A DNA stretch of 64,000 bases, taken from Podarcis vaucheri (lineage: Eukaryota). The notes beneath the pieces are model-generated. The model saw nothing but the letters and a program-made list of their open reading frames with translations, did not search any database and was not told where the DNA came from. The DNA is taken from NCBI GenBank assembly GCA_965113315.1, contig OZ220371.1; one strand, 5' to 3'. Below are positions 21,893 to 34,007 of the stretch, one piece after another. The translations under genes and the position numbers were made by a program. Position 1 is the stretch's first letter, and each line of letters starts with the position of its first letter.

Positions 21893-24800
21893 ATGGCTCT
21901 GCAATTCCTTAGTTGGAATTGTAATGGACTTAATGGGCCTTTGAAGAGAAGACAAGTGTTCCATATTTTGAACAGAGAACAACTGGACTTGATATGTCTA
22001 CAAGAAACTCACATAACTAGAGCCCATAGGAGACTACTTACAAATAAAAGACTAGGACAAGAATTTATTGCATCAGATAAAGTTAAGAAAAGAGGAGTTG
22101 TAATATATGTGAAAGAGAAATGGGCTCCAAAAATGATATTTAAAGATGAACAAGGGAGATATCTGGCAGTGGAGATACAAGTACAAGGAGAAAAATTTTT
22201 AGTTGTTGGAATCTATGCACCAAATGAAGGCAAATCTGACTTTTTTAAGAGACTCCATGAAACCCTGATGGACTATTTGGATTACAATATGATAATCATG
22301 GGAGACATGAATGGTGTGGTCTCCACTAACATGGACAAGGCACAAAGACTAACAGTCAGCAAGGAAGGGAGACTTCCTAAGACTTTTTTCGAAATGATGG
22401 AAAACATGGACTTGATAGATATATGGAGAACAAGGAACCCTCTGGAGAGAGAGGGAACCTTTTTCTCTCAAGCAATGATGACCTGGACCAGAATTGATCA
22501 AATTTGGATTACTAGTGGTATGGCTCCAAAGGTTAAGAAGGTGGAAATCTGCCCAAAAACTTGCTCCGACCATAATGCCGTGAGGATGGAGATGAAACTT
22601 ACAACAACTGGTCAATTCAGATGGAGAATGAATGACACCCTCTTTCGAGATAAGGAGATCCTTATGAAGGCCCAAAAAACTCTAAAAGACTACTTTGAAA
22701 TAAATTTGAGGGCCGACGTGGAAAAAAGAGTGATCTGGGACGCAAGTAAAGCGGTGATGAGAGGCTTTTTGATTCAACAAAATTCAATAAAGAGAAAAAA
22801 ACAAAATGAGAAAAAAGAAAAGATTTTGGAAAAGATAAAGGAAGGAGAGAAAAAATTAAGAACAAAACCAAAGTCCCAGGAGATTTTAAGAGAGATTAAG
22901 TTATATCAAACACAATATATGGAATTGATGAACCAAGAGATTGAATGGAAGATAAAACAAATGAAACAAAAGACATTTGAATCAGCAAATAAATGTGGCA
23001 AACTTCTGGCATGGCAATTGAAGAAAAGGCAGAAATTAAATACGGTTACAAGCCTAGAAGTGGATGGAAAGAATATATCTAAACCTAATGAAATTAGAAA
23101 CTGTTTTTTGAGTTATTTTAAAAAGCTATATACTCAAGGCCCGCAAAATGAAGAAGATATAGATAAATTCCTTGATAAATATGGATTACAAAAAATCTCT
23201 CATCAAAGTAAGATGGATCTGAACCAGAGAATAACAGAACAAGAGATAGAGGCTGCCATTCAGAACATGCAACTGGGCAAATCTCCAGGACCAGATGGAC
23301 TGACTTCCAGATATTACAAATCGTTGAAGGAATGGTTGATTCAACCACTAAAAGAAGTTTGCAATGAGATCCTTGAGGGAAAGAGGGCACCTGAATCGTG
23401 GAAAGAAGCATATATTTCACTCATACCAAAGACAGAGACTGAAAAGACTCAACTGAAGAACTACCGCCCAATATCGCTACTTAATGTGGATTATAAAATT
23501 TTTGCAGATATTTTGGCAAAAAGATTTAAAAGAGTGTTGATGGAAAGGATTCATAAGAACCAAGCAGGCTTTCTCCCTAAAAGACACCTGGCAGACAATG
23601 TAAGGAATGTAATAGACATTTTAGAAAAGCTAGAGGTGAATATAAACACTAAAGCAGTATTGATTTTTGTGGATGCGGAGAAAGCCTTTGACAATATTTC
23701 TTGGAGCTTTATGATAAAGAACCTTCATGGGATGGGGGTAGGCCAAGGTTTTGAGAATGGTATGGCTGCAATATATTCTGAACAAAAGGCTAAATTGATT
23801 GTAAACAACGTAGTAACTGAGGAACTTAAGATAGAAAAAGGAACACGACAAGGGTGCCCAATTTCCCCATTACTTTTTATCTCAGTCCTGGAGGTGTTGC
23901 TGAATATGATAAGGAATGACCAGCAGGTTAAAGGAGTGCAGGTCGGAGCTAAACATTACAAGTTAAGAGCGTTTGCAGATGACTTAGTACTGACTTTACA
24001 AGAGCCAATCACTAGTACGAAAAAGGTTTTAGAAATAATACAACAGTTTGGCCAGGTAGCTGGATTTAAGTTGAATAAACAAAAAACCAAAGTTTTAGGA
24101 AAAAACTTAACAGACATAGAAAAGGAGAAATTCCAAGAAGAAACAGGGCTGACAGTGGTTAAGAAGGTGAAATACCTAGGGGTTTATTTGACATCTAAAA
24201 ATGTGAATTTGTATAAGGACAATTATGAAAAATGTTGGTCAGAAATCAAAAAAGATCTAGAAATATGGTCAAATTTGAAATTGTCAATGTTAGGCCGAAT
24301 TGCGGTGATTAAAATGAATGTATTGCCTAGAATGCTATTTTTGTTTCAGACCTTGCAGATTCTTGACAAGATGGAATGTTTCAAGAGGTGGCAGAAAGAT
24401 ATCTCGAAATTTGTCTGGCAGGGCAAAAAGCCCAGAATTAAATTTAAAATATTGACAGATGCAAAAGAAAGAGGGGGTTTTGCCCTGCCGGACTTAAAAT
24501 TGTACTATGAGGCAGCAGCTTTTTGCTGGCTGAAAGAATGGATGCTCCTCGAGAATACGGACATTTTGGATCTGGAGGGTTTTAACAATGCTTTTGGCTG
24601 GCATGCATATCTATGGTATGACAAAGTTAATAGTATCTTTAAAAATCATATTGTTAGAAAAGCACTATATAATGTTTGGATAAGATATAAAGACCTGTTG
24701 GAAAACAAAACCCCTAGATGGGTGTCACCAGTGGAGGCTAAAGCAGTGAAGAAACTCAATATGGAGGTCGGATGGCCGAAGTATTGGGAAATTTTGGAAC

Positions 24801-25624
24801 AGGATGGAGATAAGTTTAAACTACAAAGCCAGGAGAAATTGAAACACAAAGTACAAAATTGGTTTCAATATCGCCAAATAATGGAGTTTTTTAAACAGGA
24901 TAGGAAAATTGGCTTCCAGGTGGAAAAATCAAAACTAGAAACTGAGTTATTAGAACCCAATACTAAGAATTTATCTAGAATGTATAACTTGTTGCTGAAA
25001 TGGAGTACACAGGACGAAACAGTCAAATCGGCTATGATTAAGTGGGCACAGGATGTTGGGCACAATATCATGTCAGCTGACTGGAAATGGTTATGGAACA
25101 CTGGTATTAAATTCACGGCATGTAATGCCTTAAAGGAAAATATTATGAAAATGGTTTACAGGTGGTACATGACTCCAGTCAAGCTGGCAAAAATTTACCA
25201 TTTGCCCGATAATAAATGTTGGAAATGTAGAGAGACTGAAGGCACCTTCTACCACCTCTGGTGGACGTGCCCGAAGATTAAGGCTTTCTGGGAAATGATC
25301 TATAATGAAATGAAAAAGGTACTTAAATGTACTTTTCCTAAAAAGCCAGAGGCCTTTCTCTTGGGCATTGTCGGCCAAGTGGTGTTAAAAAGGGATAGAA
25401 CTTTTTTTATGTATGCTACAACAGCAGCAAGAATACTCATCGCGAAGTATTGGAAGACACAAGATCTACCCACTCTGGAAGAATGGCAGATGAAAGTGAT
25501 GGACTATATGACATTGGCTGAGATGACAGGCAGAATCCGTGACCAACGAAAGGAGACGGTGGAAGAAGATTGGAGAAAATTTAAAAGCTATCTTAAGGAC
25601 TATTATAAACTCAATGAATGTTAA
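21893..25624 (+). CDS. L1 ORF2p (APE endonuclease, reverse transcriptase, CCHC knuckle), 1243 aa
   Basis: SWNCNGL, LQETH, GDMN, RIDQIW, SDH; KSPGPDG, YRPISLLNVDYKI, DAEKAFD, GTRQGCPISP, FADD, KYLG; CWKC-x8-H-x4-C. Confidence 0.97.
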   Translation: MALQFLSWNCNGLNGPLKRRQVFHILNREQLDLICLQETHITRAHRRLLTNKRLGQEFIASDKVKKRGVVIYVKEKWAPKMIFKDEQGRYLAVEIQVQGEKFLVVGIYAPNEGKSDFFKRLHETLMDYLDYNMIIMGDMNGVVSTNMDKAQRLTVSKEGRLPKTFFEMMENMDLIDIWRTRNPLEREGTFFSQAMMTWTRIDQIWITSGMAPKVKKVEICPKTCSDHNAVRMEMKLTTTGQFRWRMNDTLFRDKEILMKAQKTLKDYFEINLRADVEKRVIWDASKAVMRGFLIQQNSIKRKKQNEKKEKILEKIKEGEKKLRTKPKSQEILREIKLYQTQYMELMNQEIEWKIKQMKQKTFESANKCGKLLAWQLKKRQKLNTVTSLEVDGKNISKPNEIRNCFLSYFKKLYTQGPQNEEDIDKFLDKYGLQKISHQSKMDLNQRITEQEIEAAIQNMQLGKSPGPDGLTSRYYKSLKEWLIQPLKEVCNEILEGKRAPESWKEAYISLIPKTETEKTQLKNYRPISLLNVDYKIFADILAKRFKRVLMERIHKNQAGFLPKRHLADNVRNVIDILEKLEVNINTKAVLIFVDAEKAFDNISWSFMIKNLHGMGVGQGFENGMAAIYSEQKAKLIVNNVVTEELKIEKGTRQGCPISPLLFISVLEVLLNMIRNDQQVKGVQVGAKHYKLRAFADDLVLTLQEPITSTKKVLEIIQQFGQVAGFKLNKQKTKVLGKNLTDIEKEKFQEETGLTVVKKVKYLGVYLTSKNVNLYKDNYEKCWSEIKKDLEIWSNLKLSMLGRIAVIKMNVLPRMLFLFQTLQILDKMECFKRWQKDISKFVWQGKKPRIKFKILTDAKERGGFALPDLKLYYEAAAFCWLKEWMLLENTDILDLEGFNNAFGWHAYLWYDKVNSIFKNHIVRKALYNVWIRYKDLLENKTPRWVSPVEAKAVKKLNMEVGWPKYWEILEQDGDKFKLQSQEKLKHKVQNWFQYRQIMEFFKQDRKIGFQVEKSKLETELLEPNTKNLSRMYNLLLKWSTQDETVKSAMIKWAQDVGHNIMSADWKWLWNTGIKFTACNALKENIMKMVYRWYMTPVKLAKIYHLPDNKCWKCRETEGTFYHLWWTCPKIKAFWEMIYNEMKKVLKCTFPKKPEAFLLGIVGQVVLKRDRTFFMYATTAARILIAKYWKTQDLPTLEEWQMKVMDYMTLAEMTGRIRDQRKETVEEDWRKFKSYLKDYYKLNEC

Positions 25625-26037
25625 AGTGTTGTGGTTTTTAGAAATAAAGGGATACAGTGATATAAGGTCAGAATATAGAGAGGAATAAGTTGACAGAGGT
25701 TGGAAGTAACAATTGGGAGTTGCTAAAAACTATGGACATTGGGATGCAGAAAGGGGGGGGTAAGGGGAAGTCCAAGAAAAGAGGTTTATGAAAATATGTT
25801 ATGAAACTATACGTGTATGTTTGTCTTTTTAAGTGTTTGTTTGTTATTTAAAAATTTTGTAAAACCAATAAAAATTTTATAAAAAAAAAAAAACTTCCTG
25901 GGTTCCTATGAAAGTCCCATTTTTTCTACCCAGGCTTGTGCAAGCATAGAATTTTGAGGCTTAGGTTGCTCACTTTTAAAAATTTATTCATTCCTTTACA
26001 GCATTTATACTTTAGCTCATAGCAAAGGTAAAGTAAT

Positions 26038-26400
26038 CTAAACTGTGATCTAAACCATTGAGCCTCTTGGGCTTGCCAATCAGAAGGTCAGCGGTTCGAA
26101 TCCCCTTGATAGGGTGAGCTCCCATTGCTCTGTCCCAGCTCTTGCCAACCTAGCAGTTTGAAAGCATCCCAGTGCAAGTAGATCAATAGGTACCACTGTG
26201 GAGGAAAGGTAAATGGCATTTCTGTGCATCACGGTGTTCTGTTGCGCCAGAAGAGCTTTAGTCATGCTGGCTACATGACCCAGAAAGCTGTCTGCGGACA
26301 AACACCAACTCCCTCGGCCTGAAAGCAAGATGAGCGCCACAACACCATAGTTGCCTTTGACTGGACTTAACCGTCCAGGGGTCCTTTACCATTTTACCTT
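26038..26400 (+). mobile_element. Sauria SINE
   Basis: Same motifs as the 16072 copy; tail TTTACCATTTTACCTT. Confidence 0.88.
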
Positions 26401-28094
26401 ATAGTTAAAAAAAGTGGAGGAGTTCTCAGAGTAATGTACAAAAATAATTTCTGAGGTGGTTCTTGCCATCAGACTCAGAATATTAAAAAAATACATGGCA
26501 CTTAAGGAAAAAGGAATAGGAGAGAAGAGGGAGAAAGCACGCTTGAGCACAAGTTCTTAATTATACTGCTTAAAGCCCATGGCTGCTCTGTCCCTACAGT
26601 CCGAGGCAGTATTTCTTGAATATCAGTCACTTGAAACTGCAGGAGTAGAAATTGCCTGCTTGTAGGTTTCCCGCAGGTAACTTGGTTGGCCACTGTGAGA
26701 ACATGATGTTGTACTAGATCCAGGATGTCTTCTAAGGCTCTTGAGAAAAAGCAGTCCCATCCCTGACGCACTCTTTCCTCTCCCACCCAACACTGGATCG
26801 AAGAGCAGAGCTGGAGACAACATCCAGGCCAGGAGGACAGGATAACTCCAGTCCTACAATTCTTATAGTGACAAACTGAGTAGAAAATGTATTTGTCAAG
26901 TGCTCACTGAGCATGGGTGTGAGAAATCATATATTTTTTTCTCTCATTGGAACTGTTAATCAACTTTTGCACTGATCTTCTGTCAGTGTTTTTTGGCCAT
27001 AGCCACACCTAACCAATAGTAATGACTCTGGAAATAGCTCACATCCACACATAGCAGTAAAACATGACCTTGGCATTAACTATGTAAATTAAAGCCAATG
27101 GTTTTGGCATTATTTAAATACAGTAAACCCTTCTCACAGCTGTACTCATGAGGAGAATATAAAATTTATCTGCAACTGAATGATGCCTAGAATAGAAATG
27201 GACAAAAATAGATTTTTTTTAATTACAAGGGGGATGGAGGGGGGGTCATAAATCATGTCCGCAGTGAGAAAGGGCCTGCATAAGCTGGAAAGATGCATAA
27301 AAAGTAGTTTACAGGATTTAATTAGGTGTGTCAGAATTATTCTTATGGGAGTGAGCATCAGATAATATGAGGGTGGTTTTTATATATATTTTTTAAAAAA
27401 ATCTGTGTTACAAATGCATGAAGAATGTGTAGGGGAAAGAATCGATATAATGAAATATAACTTAATATATTTAATAGAGGTTAACATTTGTAAATGTGTA
27501 ACATTTGTAAAATTTGTAAATGAGGATGTGAAGCATGGAACAGGAATAGAATCAAAGCAAAACAAGCCAGGAAAGGAAAACCATGTTTAAGCACTGCCCA
27601 ATGAATGCTGCAGAATGGGACTTAGGCTTCATTCAAACGTCCATTTATTCCATTTCCCCAATGTTTTCCCAGCTGTTAATTACATGATGTAAAAGCCACT
27701 TCCATAAAACTAATGGAATATAGCCCATGTTTAGCACTCCTTTTAGTGTTGTTTGATGATGGGGGAAAGTCCATTTGCATTCCCCTTAACCTGGAAGATT
27801 GTGGGAGTAAAGTGATGAAATTTAGGGCATATATACTGGCATATATTTCTTTCCTGCTGTTTTCATGGGGGGGGGGTCATAGGAGTACAGAAGCAGACAT
27901 CTGCAGAAAGGGTGGGGAAGTAGGGACATTGTCCAGTGACATCTGTTCTGTGTCACACAGAACCCTCAGCTGTGAATGGAATTTTGTCTGACATGCCGGT
28001 ACGTTGGTCAAAAAGTCACAGTCCCATAACGCAACAGCTACTGCAGTGGGAGAGAAGCATTAGAAAATGGAACAAAAGTGCTGGCATTATAATA

Positions 28095-28336
28095 CAGTGG
28101 TACCTCGGGTTACAGGTGATTCAGATTACAGACGCTTCAGGTTACAGATTCCGCTAACCCAGAAGTAGTACCTCGGGTTAAGAACTTTGCTTCAGGATGA
28201 GAACAGAAATCACACGGCGGCGGCGCGGCGACACTGGGAGGCCCCATTAGCTAAAGTGGTACCTCAGGTTAAGAACGGTTTCAGGTTAAGAACGGACCTC
28301 CAGAATGAATTAAGTTCTTAACCCGAGGTACCACTG
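28095..28336. mobile_element. Tc1/mariner MITE, family A
   Basis: TA-CAGTGGTACCTCGGGTTA...TAACCCGAGGTACCACTG-TA. Confidence 0.92.
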
Positions 28337-29027
28337 TATTCCCCATGCCTGAATGCTCGGCAGTCCTATACAGTGTGCATACAATATACACAATTATAGT
28401 ATACACACTTACATTTTGAGGTAATACACTGTGGCAGCGCCTAAGTGGGGAAACTCTCTCCCCACATCTGACACCTTCCTTATGCAGCAGTCAGCAAATG
28501 TTGAAGACCTATCTGTTCACCCTGGCTTTGGACACTTGAGATTTTTACAACCCACTTTTTTGAAATCTTAAGTTGTTTTGAACTGCTTTTACTATTGTTT
28601 AATATTGTGTTTTGATATTAATTAGAGGGGAGGGGGTAATAAATTGTAATATCTAGATCTGTGTGTTTGTGTACAGCAGAGTTCTCTTTAAGAGTTGGAG
28701 TACACAGGAATGAGATTCTGGAGTGTGTGGCCTATGGCAGGAATGAGCCTCTTTAGTATCGAGCTTTTTTAATGGAATAATTGGTTAGTTTATTAGTTAA
28801 AGTACACAGCTAATTGAGTAGAAAAAAAATCTTTAAGCCTTTGAAAGCCTCCATGCACATGGGAGCAGGAAGGTACCAGGAGTGAAATCCAAATCAGATC
28901 ACAACCTTGCATAGATTTCAGCCAAGGAGTGAAGGAAAGAGAAGGCATTAAGTTGAGGAGAATGAAATATCCTTAAGCCCTTTACCCAACGAAAATATTT
29001 GCTGGCTCATGGAAAGATGTTCTAGGG

Positions 29028-29282
29028 CAGGGGTCAGCAAACTTTTTCAGCAGGGGGCTGGTCCACTGTCCCTCAGACCTTGGGGAGGGGGGCGGACTAT
29101 ATTTTGGAAAGAAAAAAAATGAACGAATTCCTATGGCCCACAAACAACCCAGTGATGCATTTTAAATAAAAGGACACATTCTACTCATGTAAAAACACGC
29201 TGATTCCTGGACCGTCCGTGGGCTGGATTTAGAAGGCGATTCAGCCGGATCCGGCCCCCGGGCCCTGGTTTGCCTACCCATG
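29028..29282. mobile_element. hAT (Charlie-group) MITE
   Basis: Perfect 8-bp TSD TTCTAGGG (29020-29027, 29283-29290); TIRs CAGGGGTCAGCAAAC / GTTTGCCTACCCATG. Confidence 0.92.
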
Positions 29283-29623
29283 TTCTAGGGATACTGTAGA
29301 ATAGAGCGGGTGAAAAAAGATTCCTCAGTTTTAAGGAAATTTAGTCTGGTGGGGGAATGTTCCCTGCTCCTGTTCTAAGGAGCAAACAAGCTGAGTCTCC
29401 CGGGCCAAATTCAATTCCCTGTGAAATGCCTTCAGCCCACTCAGTTGCTGACCTAGTGCCAAAAGTGATAGGGAGAAAGTGGTGTCTTTTGAACTTTCAG
29501 GCAGGTGACTGTGGTTGTGGTATACAAAGCGCCCCACCTCCTCCTTGCATTAGGAAGGTGCTCTGCAAGAAAACTAGTGGCTAACAAGGGTTATTCAAAC
29601 TCTGTGTAGATAACTACTACTAC

Positions 29624-30168
29624 TAATAATAATAATAATAATAAATTTTTATTTATATCCCGCCCTCCCCAGCCGAAGCTGGGCTCAGAGCAGCTAACAA
29701 CAGTAAAATGATACAACATTCTAAAATCATTTCATTATAAAATCAGTTCAAATCAGATTAATGGCAACCATTGGGCTAGAGTTCTGTGAAGATTGCCGAA
29801 GGAGGGAGTCAGGCTGTGCCCTGGCCAAAGGACTGGTGGAACAGCTCTGTCTTGCAGACCCTGCAGAAAGATGTCAAGTCCTGCAGGACCCTAGTCTCTT
29901 GTGACAGAGCGTTCCACCAGATTGGAGCCACAGCCGAAAAAGCCCTGGCTCTGGTTGAGGCCAGCCTAACCTCTCTGTGGCCCGGGATCTCCAAGATGTT
30001 TTTGTTTGAAGACCATAAGGTCCTCCGTGGGACATACCAGGAGAGGCGGTCCCGTAGGTACGAGGGTCCTAGGCTGTATAGGGCTTTAATGGTTAAAACC
30101 AGCACCTTGAACCTGATCCTGTACTCCACCGGGAGCCAGTGCAGCTGGTATAGCACTGGGTGAATGTG
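29624..30168 (-). mobile_element. L2 LINE 3' fragment (young)
   Basis: Minus [28 protein letters not shown]...RAFSAVAPIWWNAL; (TTA)n tail. Confidence 0.9.
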
Positions 30169-30190
30169 ATAATAATTGGCTTTTTGATTA

Positions 30191-30915
30191 CAAATACAAG
30201 ATGGGTGACACCTGGCTTGAGAGCAGTACATGTGAAAAGGATCTAGGAGTCTTGGTTGACCACAAACTTGACATGAGTCAACAGTGTGATGCGGCAGCTA
30301 AAAAAGCCAATGCAATTCTGGGCTGCATCAATAGGAGTATAGCATCTAGATCAAGGGAAGTAATAGTGCCACTGTATTCTGCTCTGGTCAGACCTCACCT
30401 GGAGTACTGTGTCCAGTTCTGGGCACCACAATTCAAGAAGGACACTGACAAACTGGAACGTGTCCAGAGGAGGGCAACCAAAATGGTCAAAGGCCTGGAA
30501 ACGATGCCTTATGAGGAACGGTTAAGGGAGCTGGGCATGTTTAGCCTGGAGAAGAGGAGGTTAAGGGGTGATATGATAGCCATGTTCAAATATATAAAAG
30601 GATGTCACATAGAGGAAGGAGAAAGGTTGTTTTCTGCTGCTCCAGAGAAGCGGACACAGAGCAATGGAACCAAACTACAAGAATGAAGATTCCACCTAAA
30701 CATTAGGAAGAACCTCCTGACAGTAAGAGCTGTTTGACAGTGGAATTTGCTGCCAAGGAGTGTGGTGGAGTCTCCTACTTTGGAGGTTTTTAAGCAGAGG
30801 CTTGACAACCATATGTCAGGAGTGCTCTGATGGTGTTTCCTGCTTGGCAGGGGGTTGGACTCGATGGCCCTTGTGGTCTCTTCCAACTCTATGATTCTAT
30901 GATTCTATGATTCTA
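30191..30915 (+). mobile_element. CR1 LINE 3' fragment (young)
   Basis: [39 protein letters not shown]; (ATTCTATG)n tail; TGATTA at both ends. Confidence 0.95.
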
Positions 30916-32084
30916 TGATTATTGTTCAGAATATACATTGCAAATCATTATAGTGCCTCATCTGCAAGACTTGCTAAACATTTTAAAGTATATATTTTCT
31001 ACATGCATTTCAGAAATCAAAACAGAGGGTTATGGATGTGTATTGCATTCTTAAGCCTTGTCCTGAAGGGTATTAATTTTTAAATATGAAACACTCTCAA
31101 TTAGATTGCATCAGAAAGGAGACCTTGTTGTGCCAGACTGGGGTGATATACAACTGCATTTTGTTTTGTTTTTCACGGAATGTACTTCTCATCATGGTTT
31201 GTTTTGCTCGTCAGCAATATAAAGTGAACTTTTGCTAGGATACAGAGCTTATTATTGGAAAGTTTACTTACTGTGATATGTCAAAAACTTCTCTTCTCTT
31301 GAAAGTGAAAAAACCAAAAAATTCTTACATAGTCTATAAAAAAAACCTGCAAGGCGTCATAATATTCCTGAGGCACCATTTTATTTTCAAACTGAAGACT
31401 GTAAAAATAAGGATTCTGATCCAATCTGACATTAAAAAATAGGCAAAAGTATGGATGTTTGGATCAGTGGCTTGGGGTAAAGAAGATGCCATTTTGACAG
31501 AAGTAGGTTTGTTCCTTCTGAAACATATTTCTCCATTCTGAAAATCAAGTGTAATGGTTTCCCATAATGATATTTAAGAATTGCAAATAATAAGCATATG
31601 AAAAAGCACATTAGGCTAGTCTGACAGTTCATGAAATAAAATGAGACATGATTTCCTCCCCACCCCCCACCCCCCAAACTGACTGTTTTTCTTGGGACCA
31701 CTTTTATATATTGGTATGAAACTAGTATTGCTTAAAGAATATAAATATATATACAGTATCCTGGATAAAGTTTTTGCTAAAGGCTGGACAATGAAATAAA
31801 TTGTCTGATAAATTGTTCTAATCATATTAGTTAATTAACTCTCTCCAGTAAGAGATTGTGCCATTTATGTCCTATTGAAATCAACAGCAGTACCAGATTT
31901 AGGGTGGTGTGAGTGGCACTCAGCGAAGGGGCACAAAATTGAGAAGCCCCATGTGAGGGTACCAGGTTTTGGCCTTGCACAGGGTGCTATAGTATGAAAG
32001 ATTACCCAAGTCTGCCCCATCAGTAGGACAAATATCCGTGAATAATTTGAGTTCCATTGATAACCAAAGGACTTTGGTAGGACC

Positions 32085-32235
32085 ATCTTAGATGGAAGGG
32101 GGTGTTATTGGGTTCTTTTTCTTTGGATGATGCATTTTGTGTTTTTATATTGTGATTTTATCTTGGGAACCACCCTGAGACCTGCAAGTATAGGGCGGTA
32201 CAGAAATTTAACAAATAATAATAATAATAAATAAT
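32085..32235 (+). mobile_element. L2 3'UTR remnant
   Basis: Matches the 3' end of the 11515-12120 copy (GAACCACCCTGAGACCT...TATAGGGCGG, TAA tail). Confidence 0.6.
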
Positions 32236-33422
32236 ATTAATTTTACAGCTATCAGTATTTCTCATTCACTGGGCTGAGCTGGCTCTTCCATACAAACAAT
32301 CTAATAATAAATAAATGTTTTATTTATCAGGATGGATTAAATGACTTATTTATTAGGATGTCCATTTTTATTATATGGCTAATCCTGCAGCCCCTATGAG
32401 TATATATCATTTAATGGAATGATGACTAAAGTGTGCATGAGATTTTTTACACTTTAAGCCTATTTATTTATTTAAAACACTTAGATACCACTTAATTTCC
32501 AAGCAGTGTACATAACAACAAGAAAATGGGTCAGTAAAAAGTATCATCAAGCCCAACACTACCTTAAAAGAAGGTTAAGCCCCTGAAGTTCAGCAATGAG
32601 AATGCCTGTCTAATCTCATTTGGAAGGGAGATCCATGGTTTGGGGCCACTACGCCGATTGCACTGACTGTGGAAAGCAATTCTCTCTTGCTTGCAAACAG
32701 AACTAGAATGGCCACTTGGTTGTTACAAATCCTGCTTTCCCCCAGAGTACCATGAATGTGGATTGATCGAAGAGGCAGCCCACACAACAAACTGCATCAC
32801 AGCTTCTACGACACCTCAGTTCCTTAGCTCCTACTCTTCACCCTCCTTCCTCAGCCTCCAAATTAAAACCTTCAATTAGCCTGCATTTAGAAGCAGTCTC
32901 ATTTCCATTCCCAATAAGCTGCCGTGCATTATTCAAATGACATTTAAGAGGGCTTTCAATATAGGTTAGACGTATACAAACAGAGAAACTGGGTGGATCC
33001 TATGCAATGTAATAACATAACACATAACAACATGCTGAAGTTTGTGCTTGACTGTCATACCAATAACAGTCTGTTAATTCCACACACCCCCAAAGAAAAT
33101 CTAGTCTCTGTGTGTAACAAATTCCCTCTTCAAGTTTTCATTTGTTGTAAGCTTATACACTTGTCCAACCGACCCATGTCTATGGGAAAGGGGTAGTAGA
33201 GAAAGAAGGGGGAGAGGGAGGGAGGGAGAGGGAGTCCTGGTTGGTGCATGTGCATACACTGCCAGATGTCAATGGGTCTCTTTTAAATATGACTTAGATC
33301 TAGATCCAGCCCTATGTGTTGTACAGGAGAATGGAATCATTGCTTTAGCTTATGAAAATATATTTGGTGCAAAGAAACATGCAGCCGATCAATTTAAATA
33401 GGAAAAGAAAATATAGCAATAT

Positions 33423-34007
33423 CAGACCCTCCAAGTGTCCCTATTTTCCAAGGACCGTCCCGGATTTACAGAAACATTGCGGTTTCTGATTCGATCCTGG
33501 AATGTCCTGCTTTTCCTTCGGATGTCCCTATTTTCATTGGAGAAATGTTGAAGGCTATGGAGTTATATAACCCCTGACTCAAGGAGATAAGAAACTATGC
33601 AACCTTTTGAAGACATTTGAAGGCAGCCCTGTGCAGTGGTACCTCAGGTTAAGTACTTAATTCGTTCTGGAGGCCTGTTCTTAACCTGAAACTGTTCTTA
33701 ACCTGAAGCACCACTGCTGCGCGATTTCTGTTCTCATCCTGAAGCAAAGTTCTTAACCCGAGGTACTATTTCTGGGTTAGCGGACTCTGTAACCTGAAGC
33801 GTCTGTAACCTGAAGCTTCTGTAACCTGAGGTACCACTGTATAGGCAAATTTCTTAAAATGTTTAATTATGTTTTTATATATGTTGGAAGCCACACAGAG
33901 TGGTTGGGGCAACCCAGTCAGATGGGCGAGGTATAAATATTATTATTATTATTATTATTATGGAATAGGACGTCCCTATTTTCATCAGAAAAATGTTGGA
34001 GGGTATG
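33423..34007. mobile_element. Composite non-autonomous DNA element with CATACCCTCCAA-type TIRs
   Basis: CAGACCCTCCAA...TTGGAGGGTATG; flanks CAATAT / CAATAC; internal GTCCCTATTTTC repeats. Confidence 0.6.
33634..33839. mobile_element. Tc1/mariner MITE, family A, nested in the previous element
   Basis: CAGTGGTACCTCAGGTT...AACCTGAGGTACCACTG-TA; left TA mutated to TG. Confidence 0.88.

Larger units (their letters stand above)
19899..25891 (+). mobile_element. Full-length L1 non-LTR retrotransposon
   Basis: Perfect 16-bp TSD AACTTCCTGGGTTCCT (19883-19898, 25892-25907); CpG-rich 5'UTR; two intact ORFs; AATAAA 25867-25872; poly(A) 25881-25891. Confidence 0.97.

Noticed and set aside
21252-25378. 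Several minus-strand ORFs within the L1
   Set aside because: Shadow frames of the A-rich coding strand
29786-30886. ORFs of 93-161 aa as host genes
   Set aside because: L2 and CR1 ORF2 C-terminal fragments or their antisense shadows
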